64,000 nucleotides of DNA from Antedon mediterranea (Eukaryota; Animalia; Echinodermata). How positions within the stretch are numbered: position 1 is the first letter of the stretch; every line of letters begins with the position of its first letter. The stretch covers positions 811,788 through 875,787 of the forward strand of contig NC_092676.1 in NCBI RefSeq assembly GCF_964355755.1. The letters are read 5' to 3'. Of the stretch, positions 12,420 through 26,421 are shown piece by piece. Under the pieces are notes generated by a model. The model searched no databases. It was not told the DNA's origin and saw only the letters and a list, made by a program, of their open reading frames with translations. A program made the translations under genes and the position numbers.

Positions 12420-13262
12420 CAGAGCCATAATTATTATTATATAAAGAGTTACGACATTGGATTATAGTCACGTGATCAAAATGTGTCAAACTTGTCTCCA
12501 TTAATGCATGTAAAGTATAGGAGCAACAAAATACTTTCAACTTTTTCTTATATTTAAAAAAATGTAATTGCACATTTTACGGTAAAATATCGACGTGCAC
12601 AGCGTACAGAAGTACTTGCGCCAAAGAATATTTCGCGCGCGTGCGCTAGTACATTATAACGTTCTATTGATTGATTTTGGAACAAAACATCCCATAACTA
12701 CGTCCTATTAATAAAAATTATGTAATATTTTCAATTCATAATGCATGCTTTGATGACTAAATAAAATAATAATGTGTTGAGGATATATTTGTTAATATAC
12801 TGAAAAGGGTATGAACAATATTAAAATAATAAAGGCAAATTATTACAAATGAAATGATGAACGAGTCTCTGAATGTTAATAACGTTGGCGGCGCAGTTTG
12901 TGTAAAAAACACACAGAAAGCCATATACTGCATAAAAAGAGAGGTGAATTTGTGTGTTTTTTGTATTGGTTCATTCTTTGATGTATCCTAACTTCCATGT
13001 AGGCCCTAGCATTTATTTGTTTGTTATTATAACAAATATATATATATTTTAACAAATCAATACCATTAATAAAATTATTTACTAAAATAAAAACGGAATC
13101 CAAGCGTTATTTCATTGACAACAAAATCTAAAAATAATGCATGAACTAATAGGAAAACGCTATACAAAAAAGACGCGCGCGCCCTCAGCGTGCGAATTCT
13201 TTGACACAAAAATGGCTTCTAATTTTCAATGTCGTAACTCTTTATATATAATTATGGCTCTG
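12420..13262. mobile_element. Non-autonomous P-element- or hAT-like transposon with an 8-bp TSD
   Basis: TIRs CAGAGCCATAATTAT..TATATAAAGAGTTACGACATTG and CAATGTCGTAACTCTTTATATATAATTATGGCTCTG; perfect TSD CAAAATAT at 12412-12419 and 13263-13270. Confidence 0.88.
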
Positions 13263-14515
13263 CAAAATATAAACACATACCGCCCTCTACATACGTCATC
13301 GATTTATGATTCGTTGATTTGGAGCATCTTCGCTGTGTCACTATAGCGTCACAATTGCGGTTGAAATTAGTACATCTTTTCTAAATAGGAATGGCGAAAA
13401 AAATTAAGTGTTAAATAAGTAAATTAAAAACAATTTTGTGACCTGCATGTTCAGTATAACTGTCAACAACAAAAATCACCCACAAAACCACAACTCATTG
13501 ACTAGTTTGAGTGAAAGATTCGAATGTGTTACAAACTATAGGCCTACGGACATGACACCGCGCGACATTGGTTTAACCGCCTTTTTAAGGAATTTAAACA
13601 CCTTTAACCACCTTCCCGCTTGTGTTTGTACAAAACAAAGTAGTAGGTTATGGTACGATTGTCGATAAAAAATAAGCTGGCTAAACGCAATATGTGAGAT
13701 ACCTTATTTCGGAATTTTTATTCCAACGAATATTGCATTATACATCTGTCAACAAAAATAAATCGTTTAATAATTAACTGTAGACATTAGTAGGCCTAAT
13801 GGTAGTTGTCGAAAAAAAAGAAGCTAAACGCAATATATAAATTTAATTTTTCTAATGTATTATATTTGTGTATATTTTTTATCTTTCTTGGTTTTAATGT
13901 TAATTTTATGCATGTGTATATATTGTATGGTTATTATGTTTGATATATAGTATGTATATACAAATATATAAACTGAAAGACACACAAATTATGATTAATA
14001 AGTTAACAAACGTTTCATAACTAAACAACTTTTTTTATTAAATATGCAATATATTTTGCAATAGATAACATAACAAAAAATATGCAGAAAATAATGTAAG
14101 GTGGTAGTTAACCACAAAAAAAATATATATAATTGTTTTTCTCTTTCTTTATTAATTCTTTTATTTCGTAACAAAGATTTTTTTGTAATGCATTGTTTCA
14201 ACAAAAAATAAATAAATCACAAGATGATCCATTTTAAGTTTCACACCATGTATACTAGCATTCACAGCATAATTATTGTGGATATTAATATTATTTTTAG
14301 TTGGTTGGTGAAAGTTTGTTTACAAGCGTACCTCAGAGAGACCGTGCCAAGCAAACTTTCACTTTCACAAATCTAAGTAAAAGTCTAGCTAAGTTGGTCG
14401 TTGTTGGCAGATAATCAAATTGTAAATGTAGACTTTAAGGTTACAAATACATTAATACGTTTAATGATTTAACATCATGTTCATCTTCCTTGTGGTGACG
14501 CCTACAATACCGATA

Positions 14516-14781
14516 ACGTGTGGTTCCCACTAGAGACGCAACGCAAGGTAGTACGCGCAACGCAAGCGAGCTGACCATGACAAGCTCGAATAATTCGTCG
14601 CTCGTGATTAGTCAAATCACTTACGTTGCGTCATCGTTAAGCGTGGTTCCCACTAGCGACGCAACACAAGAACGTAACGCAACGCAAGTGAATTAACCAA
14701 TCACAAGCGATGGCTTATTCGCTTGTCATTGCGTGCGTTGCGTTTACGTCCTTGCGTTACGTGCCTAGTGGGAACCAAGCT
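14516..14781. mobile_element. Two adjacent MITE family B copies (14516-~14635 partial; 14640-14781)
   Basis: TIR AGC(G/T)TGGTTCCCACTAG...CTAGTGGGAACCAAGCT with ACGCAACGCAAG repeats and a CCAATCACAAGCGA core. Confidence 0.85.
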
Positions 14782-15299
14782 AGTGGCGATTGAAAACGCT
14801 TGATGAAAAGTTTGATTGCACAAATAAAACATGGTGGCGCACTTCACTCTTTTTCTATCGTGGTTCAGATAATGGTAAAATGGCTTCGACCCAACTGCAT
14901 GAAATGCGAATATTTTTTTTAATATCCCATTATTATGTAGAATAAGTGAGGTAATTCTATTTTGGTTTCCTTTTCTTTTTTGAAAGAAAGTAATCAACGA
15001 AGTAGAGGGTGTATTTTTTTTTCATATTAATTTTAGAGGCCAAGCTTAATTTAAAAGTACAGGATGATTCTATATTTTCATATATAATATACAGGGTTTG
15101 TTTCTATTTTTTCATAGTATAGAAATGTAGCCGTTTGTGTTGTATCGTCTGCAAATCATTCATTACAGAGATTAACACATCGGCAGTTTCTTTAGTCGTT
15201 TTCTTAGCAGCCGATTTTAAGTGTTTAGACAGTAAAATCGAAGTAAAATACACGACATCCATACGGTGCTGTGGAGAAAGCAGGACATATATAAGCAAA

Positions 15300-15570
15300 G
15301 TGTATTGTTGTAATAAAACTTGTTGAAATAAGCATCAACACCCTGTGGAGATATAAGAACATGGTATACACTGTATACGGACAATACGCGGTATATATAA
15401 AGTAGACGGTTGTAATAAGCAACCCCTGTGGAGACACAAGAACATGGTATACACTGTATACGGACAATACGCGGTATATATAAAGTAGACGGTTGTAATT
15501 AAACTGGTTGAAATAAGCAGCATACTGGTGGAGTACGAACTAATAAATACAAATCCTGTGGAGAGAAACA
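15300..15570. repeat. ~84-bp tandem repeat, 2 near-identical copies plus degenerate flanks
   Basis: CCCTGTGGAGA.A.AAGAACATGGTATACACTGTATACGGACAATACGCGGTATATATAAAGTAGACGGTTGTAAT repeated. Confidence 0.85.
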
Positions 15571-16391
15571 CATGCTTCCTAACGCAACTAGATACGAGTA
15601 GGGATAGAGTAAGGAGTGGAATACATGGATGAAAGAAAGGACATGGGGCAGGAAAACACAATCCACACTAGTGGATATGTGCACTGTATAAATTACGTTA
15701 TTAATTTAAATTAATTTAATAAGCGTGTACGCGCGTGGTGTGATGGTATGTATGATGCAAAAACCAACTTAACTACCACTAACAAACCAATCTTAAATTA
15801 AAAACTTAACTACCAACCAAATGAATAAAATATTCAGCAATGTACCAATGGTGTACAAGTAGAAGGGGGAGTATCGTGGCGGCTAGCCGTTACGCTAACC
15901 ATCACGATCGCGGCCGGAGCCGATAATCGCGACGGTTAACCGTTACGCGGAGCCGGCTTGGAGCAGATTAGTGGCGTCCATCTTGAAACCTATGGAAGAG
16001 AACTGTAGCCGTGTATGAATGCGTCAGACCAATGTATACAGCCGATGCGATTCATACGTAGGCATATTAATGTTGTCGTTGATGTAATACCGTCAAGTGC
16101 TTCTGAAAACAGACAAGTCTAGGGGGATAAAAACGACAAAATGATATATACAAACACAAAATATATAATATAACAAATAGTTCTACATATCTTAATTCTT
16201 AAAAATTAAATGAAATCATATTTAACGTTATGCTGCCCTCTCTAGAGATGCAAGTAACTACTGTCCAGTAGTCTCAACCACATATATTTCACATTCAGTT
16301 TTCTAGGATGGCCGACGTTCCGTTTTTCTTTGGGATTATCCACCGTGACTTGGTGGTGGGCCCTTGGTACGTCTGGTCTTTTAATCCTTTT

Positions 16392-16518
16392 CCTCTTTCA
16401 CATCGCCTTAACAAAAACTACGGAGTTTACACACACCGGGGCCTCCGCACCAGTGTGTGCAATGTGTGCGCGCCAGTGTGTGTAAACTCCGTAGATGTGC
16501 AAGGCGATATGAAAGGGT
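16392..16518. mobile_element. Small hairpin MITE
   Basis: ~45-bp imperfect inverted arms containing a perfect 19-bp IR (CTACGGAGTTTACACACAC at 16418; GTGTGTGTAAACTCCGTAG ending 16494); right end ...TGAAAGGG followed by TA. Confidence 0.7.
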
Positions 16519-16524
16519 ATCGCA

Positions 16525-16650
16525 GTGGTGTAGTAGTGGTGTAGTAGTGGTGTAGTAGTGGTGTAGTAGTGGTGTAGTAGTGGTGTAGTAGTGGTGTAGT
16601 AGTGGTGTAGTAGTGGTGTCGCAGTAGTGTTGCAGTAGTAGTGTGTAGTA
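16525..16650. repeat. 11-bp minisatellite (GTGGTGTAGTA)n
   Basis: About 11 copies, degenerating to the right; explains the HHYYTTTTPLL ORFs. Confidence 0.95.
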
Positions 16651-18820
16651 GCAGCGATGATGATTCAGCTGGCCTGGCTCCCAATGAACTCCTTTTCTTC
16701 GTTGCTGTCTTCTTCCTACAACGGTCACTCCAGAATAAATGGAACTCACTGTACTGTACTGCTTTATATACAACCAACACATGTGTATATGCAAATTAGA
16801 ATACCAACTTAAAGTACCGATAGAGGACAGCAGATAGATTTTACTTGGTCAGTCGTGATTTTTTGTTAGATCGTTACCTTCCAAATTGATCTGCGTCTCA
16901 TAGTTGCCGCCGGCGGGGCGAGCATCATCTTCTAAATCGTGTTCAAATTAGAGAATGGAATATTTACATATAATGCTTACAGTTATTACTTCTATTGTGG
17001 AATTCACAGCACAGGCTCCATCTGAAACGTTCAGTATAAAATGCCACACTGTTGGTTACGGTATTTATTAATTTTTCCCTCCGAGAAAAAATAAATAGGC
17101 CTATCAAGGATTGTCGTATAGAACGACATGAATGAGCCATATCACATCAATTCGTTGATAATTTTAATTTTGTCATATTTCCGATTTTTAGTCGTCGTGG
17201 AAAAAACTACTACATGTGTCTCTTTATTTATGCACAAACGAGTTGGTTGCACTGTGATCGTGTTATAAAAAATGCAACATAACCTTAATAATGTAAACAC
17301 AGCCTTAATATTACACCTGTCCTGTAGTTCATCACTCTTAATGTGTTTTGCAGTTGTTATTCATTCACATTAAGCTCGTGTATTTCTAACATTAGTCTAA
17401 TTTAATTTCACGTATGTTCTTAAAATACTTTGACTAGTGAATAATAAGAAATACAGTCGCGTGGGTTGGAATCGTTGATATGGGCTCAAAATTACGTGTA
17501 TGATGTATTTGTCTCATATGTTGTACAGTAGGCTAAATGACATTGTGTGTGTCGTGGGTTTTAATGTTTTCAGGCTACAAACAACATTATGATGAATGAT
17601 ATAAACATTCATTTCAGAAATAACTGTTATTTCACATTATAACGCGCGTTTGTTTAATGCTTTTTTTATATTAATAATTAATTAATTGTGACATTGTTTG
17701 TCATACAGAATACCAATCGTGTTATGATGTACAGGTAAAACAAATTATAATTGAAAAACAATAAATGTAATTTCAAAAATGATTAACACGTTTTGTTTAG
17801 TAACTATTATGTATGGATTTGTTCGTTATATACAGAGGGCGTACCTTTTAACATTATCTGGCAATGTTACATATTGTCGTTTGATCATAATGTGTATAGT
17901 TGACCGGCCGCGGGGCCTAAGTAGACTTGTCCCAAGTCTGTATTCATTGTCTTTTTTTATTTATTTGTTTTTATTTCGATTTTTGTCTGAACATATGAAA
18001 CGCCATATGTGCCAAAATAGTTATATTTTTATTAATATTAAGACAAAACCCAGTATAGGCCTATAAATAGGCATTAGCCTGTAAATATGCATTATCCTGT
18101 AAAATGCATCCTAAAACAACGCCCATACCGTATAAGACTCTAATTGATGTTGTGTTGTTAAAAATAGGTATATAAATATACACACATGGTAATGTGTAAG
18201 TTCAATGACAGGTCATTAATAGAGACATAACAACTAGGATGTCGTTTAATTTAGATACAATCGATGTAAAATACAAAAATCCATATTTTATCAAAAAGTA
18301 GGAAATTTGTTTTTAGCTGCTTCGTGACTACATGCATTTAGTTACGTCATCACTACGTCACCTATCGACTATCTTGTATATGCGTGCAAGGAATTGATTA
18401 AACCTCGCAAATCCATTTACATTCTTATTATCTTGTTTTAAATGTTAGAAAAAGCTAGGTTAATATATTAACGGCAAAGCTAGAGTTGCGTTGACGTATT
18501 GTTCTTTGCCTTCTAACAGGTGAACATACTATCCGTCTACTAAACGACAAACACATCTGAAATTAATATGACAAAATGTCAAGAAGAAGACAGTAGAAAA
18601 CACTGTGGCTGTAGGCGATTGCTTGAATTGGAACAATCATAATAAACATTTATATATAGAAGGTAATAACAACAAAAAAACAAGAATGAAATAAAAGGTT
18701 AATATACAAAGCTGGACTATTATGGAATATTTAACGAGGTCAATGGTCTTAATAAGGAAACAATAATCGAACAACATCGTTACAACAATTTGATGTTTTT
18801 TGTTAATATTATATACGTAA

Positions 18821-18980
18821 AGCTCCGTCTACACTATCTAATTTGACCAAACAAATGTGATGTGCCTAGATATTATGGTAGTGATATGTCCAAATATGGT
18901 AGGAATATGACATCATCGTGTCAATATATGGGAACATCACATTTGTTTGTCACATAAAGTTTGATAGTGTAGACAGAGCT
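18821..18980. mobile_element. Full-length MITE family A
   Basis: Both TIRs present; flanks TAA/TTA. Confidence 0.92.
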
Positions 18981-19801
18981 TTATACGACTAGCGACGTTT
19001 CAATTTTACAAGACGCGCGCGCCACGTAAAGTACGCAACTATTGAGTCATTGACGTCGTGGTGGTGCGCATGTTTATATGCTTCTGAGCGTGAAAAAAAT
19101 GTCTTTTCGACTCGACAGTTGCGTAGCCGTACGGCACAAGAGTGCATGGAAGAACCTGGGGATCGAAGACTTTCTACCAATCCATAATATAAAAGAACCG
19201 ACGATACTAGGTCAAATAATAACAAAATAATACACTATTCATAAACTATCACAACAGGATATTATATGGCCAGATAACTTGGTCCAGTTTTAACCGAAAG
19301 GTCAAGCAATAATATCGCATAGGTTACTTAACATTGCAGGGCAGGTTTGCTCTTTACAAAAACAATTGTCGAACTGTTTACGTTATCATTTGTGATGGCG
19401 CCCCAATGGTATACACTATTTGTCTTCAGTATCAATAAGAGTTTTGAATTTTTGAAAATTACGCTTAAAATAAAATCTGAAAGGCATAATAAAATGACAA
19501 ACAGACAAAGCCTTACCGAATTACGGTAGTAGTAATTAAGGTAGTAGTAGTAGTAGGCACACGTCACATCTGGTATAAATACTGGTAGCCCTTGACTAAT
19601 ACATGAATATAAAAATTGTAGCATAATTATTCTTAATAATATTAATATTATCATATCAAGATTACATAGCTGTTTATTAAATTCATGTATGTAACGTAAA
19701 ATGTAGACATTATTACAAATTGTTGTTTCATACAATATTTCACAATTAACATAAGATAATTCATTATACACTATTTTTACAGTATAAATATGCCGAACGA
19801 A

Positions 19802-19849
19802 AGCCCGGTCGTGAGCCCGGTCGTGAACCCGGTCGTGAGCCCGGTCGTG
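19802..19849. repeat. 12-bp tandem repeat x4
   Basis: (AGCCCGGTCGTG)4 with one substitution. Confidence 0.9.
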
Positions 19850-20269
19850 CTAAAACGGAAAAGCACGTCAAATGGCGTGTGATTTACTATAACTTATGTA
19901 TTTGACGAGGTTCCAAAAGAAACAGTTTAAAACGCAATGTAAACACTACAACTCAGGAGCGCATACCTGCCACACAGCACATTCTTCTAAGCTCTATTTG
20001 TCACTCTTTTGATTTATTGGCTTTGAGACGGTAAATATAATCAGATGACGCGTTTATTGAACGATGAAACGAGGTTTGATCGATATAATCTTATTATGTG
20101 GATTAGTTAATTCAAAACTCAATCTGCATGATGTAACTCAGACTCAAAATGTACTATAAATACAATTATTGTTATGGATAATCATATCTTTTACATATAA
20201 CATGTTTCTACATGTGTCAACGCTGTACTTAAGTAGCTTAAACATACCATGAACGATTGTCAGTCTCTA

Positions 20270-20850
20270 AAGCATGATTCCCCCAAGAGACGGAACGCAA
20301 GGACGTACGCGCAACGCAATCAAGTTAACCAACTTACGTTGCGTTACGTCCTATGCTTGTATGTAGAATGGAAGGAACCATTTTCCTAAGTTTAATCAGG
20401 GATAAACTAGTTCTATGGTTCAATTACGTAACATATCTTTGCTGAAACTAGGTTTAATTACGGCCTGTTGATGTATTTAAGGTTCTAGATTTATATGATA
20501 GCCTAATTAAAAAAAATGATGTATGCGCATGTGCGAACGAACCATAGGGAAATGAATTCCTTTATACAGTAATAAACTAATGCTTGGTTCCCACTAGAAC
20601 GCAACGCAAGAACGACATTTATTTGACCAATCACACAAACGATGTATTATTCGAACTGTCGCTTGTCATTGGTCAACTCGCTTGCATGAGTCTACGTCCT
20701 TGCGTTGCGTCTATGTGGCAACCAAGTTAAAGCAATTTGACCAATCACGATGAATTATCTGAACTATCGCTTGTGATTGGTCAATCACTAGCGTTGCGCC
20801 TACGCCCTTGCATTGCGCCTACGCCCTTGCGTTGTGTGTCACAGGGAACT
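20270..20850. mobile_element. Cluster of MITE family B copies (~20270-20370, 20580-20730, 20730-20850)
   Basis: TGCTTGGTTCCCACTAGAACGCAACGCAAG at 20581, plus repeated TTGACCAATCAC / GTGATTGGTCAA cores. Confidence 0.8.
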
Positions 20851-22880
20851 AAAATGAAAGTAAAGAGGAATGTGGTGGTTGAGCCTGATTGTGGTTGAGC
20901 TCAAACGTCTCTCCCTCTCCGTCGGGTCAAGTAGGGGACACATACATCGTCTTGGCATTTCCGACAAAGGTTTACGATCCAATGAACAAGGCCGGTAATA
21001 TATTTTAATTGCTTGTTATGAATGGTAATTGATATGTTTTTATTCGTTTCGTGATTACATGCTTAATCGCAATTCTTCAATAGTTTAATTTTTCATTGCT
21101 GTCACTTCTCGAAAATCCCTTTTAAATTTTACATGGACCACCCACTCGTGATAGTTAGTATTGTTCGCAGTCATTTAGCGATACAAATATAAATTGAATT
21201 ATAAATGCAGAGGTGCCCCTCCTTGAAGTAAAGAAGTGGCTAAACTAATCTTAAAATAACAACCAAAGTGTTATGTTATCAACTTCATTAGCGTGATTTA
21301 AGCAGATATCGCTGTTAATAATATAACACAAAGGCCTGTATAGAATTACTTATTGTTATTCATAGTTATGATACCGTGAAAACGGTAAATACCACCTTTA
21401 TTATTAAATTGATGACTTGAAAAGGGTGTCATTTGAGTAATCGCAATGCTTGATAGTATTGAAGTACCATTTTAATCCTTCGCTCGTTTGTACGTCATCG
21501 GAGGTGGTGGGAAAGGGACGACTGAAGAAACGAGTTTAGTTTTGGGTCTCATGAGAAAACAAGACCATTCAGACAACTTTAGAAACCTATAGCATGGTTT
21601 TTCAATCAATGAATGGATTGAAAAAATTATGAGTCTTACGCAACGCAACGTCCAATGACAGTTTGGATATGTTTGCCTAAGATTGTTCTCTTTCATGCAA
21701 CGGAAGAGACGTCATACGCGCAACGCTACAGTAATTGGTATTATTATTATTATTATTATAATTTGACCAATCACAGCACACAGTTTGATAGAAAGTTAAT
21801 ACAACTTAGCTGCACTTATTAATGGTATATTGATCAGATTTCGAATACTTATAAGCGTATATTATATGGATAATAGTGTTTGATATTATATCATGTTTAT
21901 ACCTTCACCTGTATAAGAGACGCTCCCTTTTGTATAATAAAGGTATTGGCAAAGTAATCCTATACCAACGCTATGTAAGATGCGGCTTAAGTATTACTAA
22001 TATCAATACACTTTATAATGCAGCACATATTAACTGATTCTTATTATAATCAAATATTAGCTAGAGTAATCCTATACCAACAAGGACAAATAATACTACG
22101 GCATTCTATTTATTTTATTTTATCTTAGCAAAGTATTATAATAATAGCCATTGAGGAATTAGGCCACAGTCTCGAACAAACATTGTCTCTTAAACAATCG
22201 CATAGCATATAATATATATCTTTTAAAACAATAAACAATGTATTCTTTCTTTCCTGTCCATGTATTTAACCATGAAGAAACAAAGATTCTAGTATTACAA
22301 TGGTGGACAATTCAGACTAGTAAGGAAATACTTGTTCCTCATACTTGAACTAGGCTATTGATACTGCGAGGACATTGTGTGAATAATGAGTGGTTTGAAC
22401 TTAGTAATATTTCGGTTTAGGAGGGTTAAGGATCATAGATGGATTATAAGGAATTATATTATGTCTGATGATTCATCAATACAGTAAACAGTCTAGTTAT
22501 TTTTAAGTCATTTCATATCTATTTTATGGTCAATAATAACAAAAAGTTCAGTCCTATATTATAATCTCGTTAGCGGCGCCGCCACGAAGTTGACAATATT
22601 ACACATTTATTCACAATTAACAATTACATTTAATAGTATACTAAAAGAAGCGTGCTTGTCAGTTTTGTAACCATATAAATGCATTTAATGTACGGTACAT
22701 ACATGCCAGACAACATTCAATAAAAATGATGTACACAAAAAAACCCCAAAAAACAACATGGGTCGCCTATGGGGAAAAACAGTACCTAAATCGCGCAGGG
22801 TTTCGCAAAAACGCGTTTGTTGAGGAAACTTTACAAAACACATAGTTTTCTTGAAGAAATTGTCAAATTTCCTATCTTCA

Positions 22881-23100
22881 CGCCCATGGATGCGCGCACG
22901 CGTGGAGGCGTGAACTAATCCGTACAGAGTTATAAGTGGAGAATCTACGCCCATGGATGCGCGCACGCGTGGAGGCGTGAACTAATCCGTACAGAGTTAT
23001 AAGTGGAGAATCTACGCCCATGGATGCGCGCACGCACGCGTGGATGCGCGCACGCGTGGAGGCGTGAACTAATCCGTACAGAGTTATAAGTGGAGAATCT
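22881..23100. repeat. 67-bp tandem repeat, ~3 copies
   Basis: CGCCCATGGATGCGCGCACGCGTGGAGGCGTGAACTAATCCGTACAGAGTTATAAGTGGAGAATCTA repeated; the third copy has an internal duplication. Confidence 0.93.
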
Positions 23101-23591
23101 ATTATTTACCCTTTCACTATATGCATGTTATTGTATTTGCTGTATGATCTGTTTGCCGAATAAATAGTGTTATTATTACAATATATTTAGTTTTCTGCTA
23201 ATGTGTTTGGCAAGCAATTCGAAAGATCATCAAAGAAAAGAAAAAAAATAAATATTGATGTTGTGACTGAAATAAAATGGAACTCGAATAATTGATGGGA
23301 ATTCTTGACAAACGTGTTTTTGTAAAGTAATTAACGAAATGATTGTAAAAAGTTTGTAAAATAACGGATTTATTCTAAAATAAATGTGTGCTTGTGTTTG
23401 TTTTATTGTTATGTTCACACGACTTCCTTAATTAATGCTTCAAATCACAAGAGGTTCAACACATGATATTCTGTTGACCGCAATACAAGGAAAACACATT
23501 AAAGTGTAACATGCTGAATAATCTAAACAAACAACATGAATATATTTATGATGATGAAATATGACATGTTCGAATTATTAAATTAATCATA

Positions 23592-23735
23592 AAGCTTGGT
23601 TACAACTTTGACGCAACGCAACAACGTAAGGACAATGCAAGTGAGTTGACCAATCACAAGCGACAATTTGGATGATCCATCGCGTCCTGCGATTGGTAAA
23701 ATTACCTGCGTTGCGCGTATGTCATTGCGTCCAAT
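23592..23735. mobile_element. Degenerate MITE family B copy
   Basis: AAGCTTGGTT...ACGCAACGCAA...TTGACCAATCACAAGCGA...GATTGGT...TTGCGTCCAA. Confidence 0.75.
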
Positions 23736-24144
23736 CAGCGATAACGAAAACTATGATGCGTCCAAAGCCAGGAATTATGTTGATGAAATAATAAATGTTT
23801 TTTGAAAGTCACGGTTATGCATTTATACTTTCTCTTTCCCTTGTCCATACCAGTACCAATATACTATAATATTAGACATTTAGATATCGCGAAAGTGTTT
23901 TTCATTATTAGTCATTCTTGACGTTTATTTATTAGCGGTAAATGACCTGAAACAAATGCGGAACCTACCTGTAACTTATTAAAATAACATGACTGTTTTT
24001 AAGTAAACAACTTTACGACCTAAGTTCTTCAAAAGAACTAAGCGTCTAATAATTTTTTTTTATGAATTCCGTTATATTATTATTCAATGGAAAAACCCCG
24101 TACTCCACGATGACTGATTATCGACAACAATGGCTTTCACTATA

Positions 24145-24548
24145 AATAAGGACATGTTCATCAAATGATTCTAATGTACATAGGTATGGGGCGCAATAAG
24201 CAGCAAATGTGTGTTTGTTTTGCGCCCTATCGTGTACCCACAATCCTACTTTAAATTGAATTAAATTAAGGCAGCTTAAAAGTAAATTGCAATTTGTATA
24301 AAATAGTCAGGATTTATTAAAAATACGTTGAGTAATAAGGACATGTTCATTAAATGACTGATTCTAATGTACATAGTTATGGGGCGCTATCAGCAGCAAA
24401 AATGTGTTTATTTTGCGTCCCATCAGGTACCCACAATCATATGCAACAATGCTACTTTGAAATTGGATTAAGTTAATACAGCTTAAAATGTATTGCATCC
24501 CGTTGAAATGTGTATATTAATTTGTATAAAATATTCATGATTTATTAA
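24145..24548. repeat. Diverged ~190-bp tandem duplication
   Basis: AATAAGGACATGTTCAT...CTAATGTACATAG.TATGGGGCGC...GTACCCACAATC...GATTTATTAA occurs twice (starting ~24145 and ~24334). Confidence 0.8.
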
Positions 24549-25616
24549 TCATCGATTAGGCTTGTTCGTTCATATTATAATTATATTTATCTGGATCACT
24601 TGCACTGACGTTGAAATAATGATAGCACTAATAACAAGGTGAATGTGGTATTGATAGACACTGTCGGCTCACAGCAGCCAACAACAAATTCTTCCGGGTC
24701 TGCGATTGATGGTAATGATGTTTTAGTGACGTAATTGGACGGGAGATGATTTGTGTAACGCGCAACGAAAACAATCTTGTGAGATGACGGAATTTTTTTA
24801 TTAGTCTTGTTAAAACATAGGCCTAAACCTGAGTTGTACATGCATTTAAAAGCATCATAGTACTACCACAGTACTAGGAACTAGCTAATGGTGGAAGGTA
24901 CATGGCTAATAAGTGATGAATTTACAAAAAACAACAATGGCATACGTTGATGAAATGATAGTATAACTATGAGATCATGCTGATAATAATAATGATAATT
25001 GAGACCAGATAATCATGAAAATGGTGTTAATGATGAAAATGAATAAACAAATACATTTCATTTAGAAAACAAAAGACTATGGTTGCCTTGACTACGATGA
25101 TAATGGCGATGGTAACGTCACAAAATCAGATGAAGGTTGACGAGCGCATCTGCAATTATTTAGCGTATCACGTGTGTGCGAGTTCATCCATGTTTCATAA
25201 TACGCGATCGAGGGATTACAATTTTAAATTAGATTCGACATTAATTTCAATTTAATTTCACCTAGCAGCTATAAATCAATCAACGTGTAACTTTATCTCA
25301 AAAAACTAAAATCATAAATCAGATTTGTATGAGTTTTTTGGTTACTATACACCACTGACCCAAAACGGTCAGTCGAACGGTCACCTCAGGGGTCTAACTC
25401 AGTTGTCAAACTTAATATAGCAAAGATACTGTTTCATATTAAAATTATTCAGTTGTATAAACTTTAATTTAATTTGTATGGAGTAAAGGAGAAGAAATAG
25501 CCATGTAATTACAATGAAATGATTACTTCTCAAGGGGTACCAAAGTGGGTTGGGTTACTGTGATGTTTGGCTATAGTGTTTTTTGAAACTAATGATAGTG
25601 GATGAACACCATTTAA

Positions 25617-25750
25617 AGCTCTGTCTACACTATCAAAGTTTATGTGATGTGCCCATACATAGGCATGATGATGTCATATCACTACCATATTTGGGTATAT
25701 CACTACCATATTTGGGCACATCACACTATTTTGATAGTGTAGATAGAACT
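25617..25750. mobile_element. Full-length MITE family A
   Basis: Both TIRs present, TSD TAA/TAA. Confidence 0.92.
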
Positions 25751-26421
25751 TAATTGAAATACTATTATTTCCTGCCAATGGCCTTTACATTATGCATGAA
25801 TCGATAGAATTCTCTTATTACAGTACTACGGCTATCCAAGTATAAAAACACAATGTTCATTTAAATTAAAAACAGCCTAAGATTATGTAAAACCTACGAT
25901 TTACGCAGTCATTGCCTGTGTCCTAAGGACTGCTGGTTCAAGGTCATTGGTTGGGTTGTTAACATAATTATTTGTAATAATAATAATTGAATGCACTAGC
26001 GCTTGTCATTCATAAATCATAATATCAACGAGCACATGCGCTAACATTTTAGTTATTTTTTTAATAATAAAATAATATAATATACGCTTCGTTAGACATA
26101 GCGCGTTCTATTACTTTGTGCCATTCACTTCTGTCGTGGGCCAGGTGTGTCTCAAGAAAACTTGTGTTGTTTACATTTTCCAAATCATCTTATTTCATTT
26201 TGATGGGTCTTCCATTCCAATGAGTATGTTTATACCAGTAATATTAAAAACACTAACGGCAGGCATTATGCTAACTTTACGAAAAAGCAGTCATATTTAT
26301 CAAGTTCAGAATGGTTTTCACCTTTTTGTGCTTTTGACATTTTAAAATGTTATATTTTGTATCTGGCACAGCCCCGCCGTGTCGTCTTTCTATTCTAAAA
26401 ATAACATTGTCTGTGTGCAAG

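Noticed and set aside
16408-16794. His/Tyr/Thr-repeat ORFs
   Set aside because: Artefact of the 11-bp minisatellite and the adjacent hairpin MITE.
19120-19172. Possible tRNA-derived SINE head (TAGCCGTACGG ... GGATCGAAGAC)
   Set aside because: Both boxes are mismatched; no cloverleaf, tail or second copy in the window.
24615-24735. KVNVVLIDTVG resembling a GTPase G3 motif
   Set aside because: Short frame bounded by stops, with no G1/G4 motifs or convincing splice sites.
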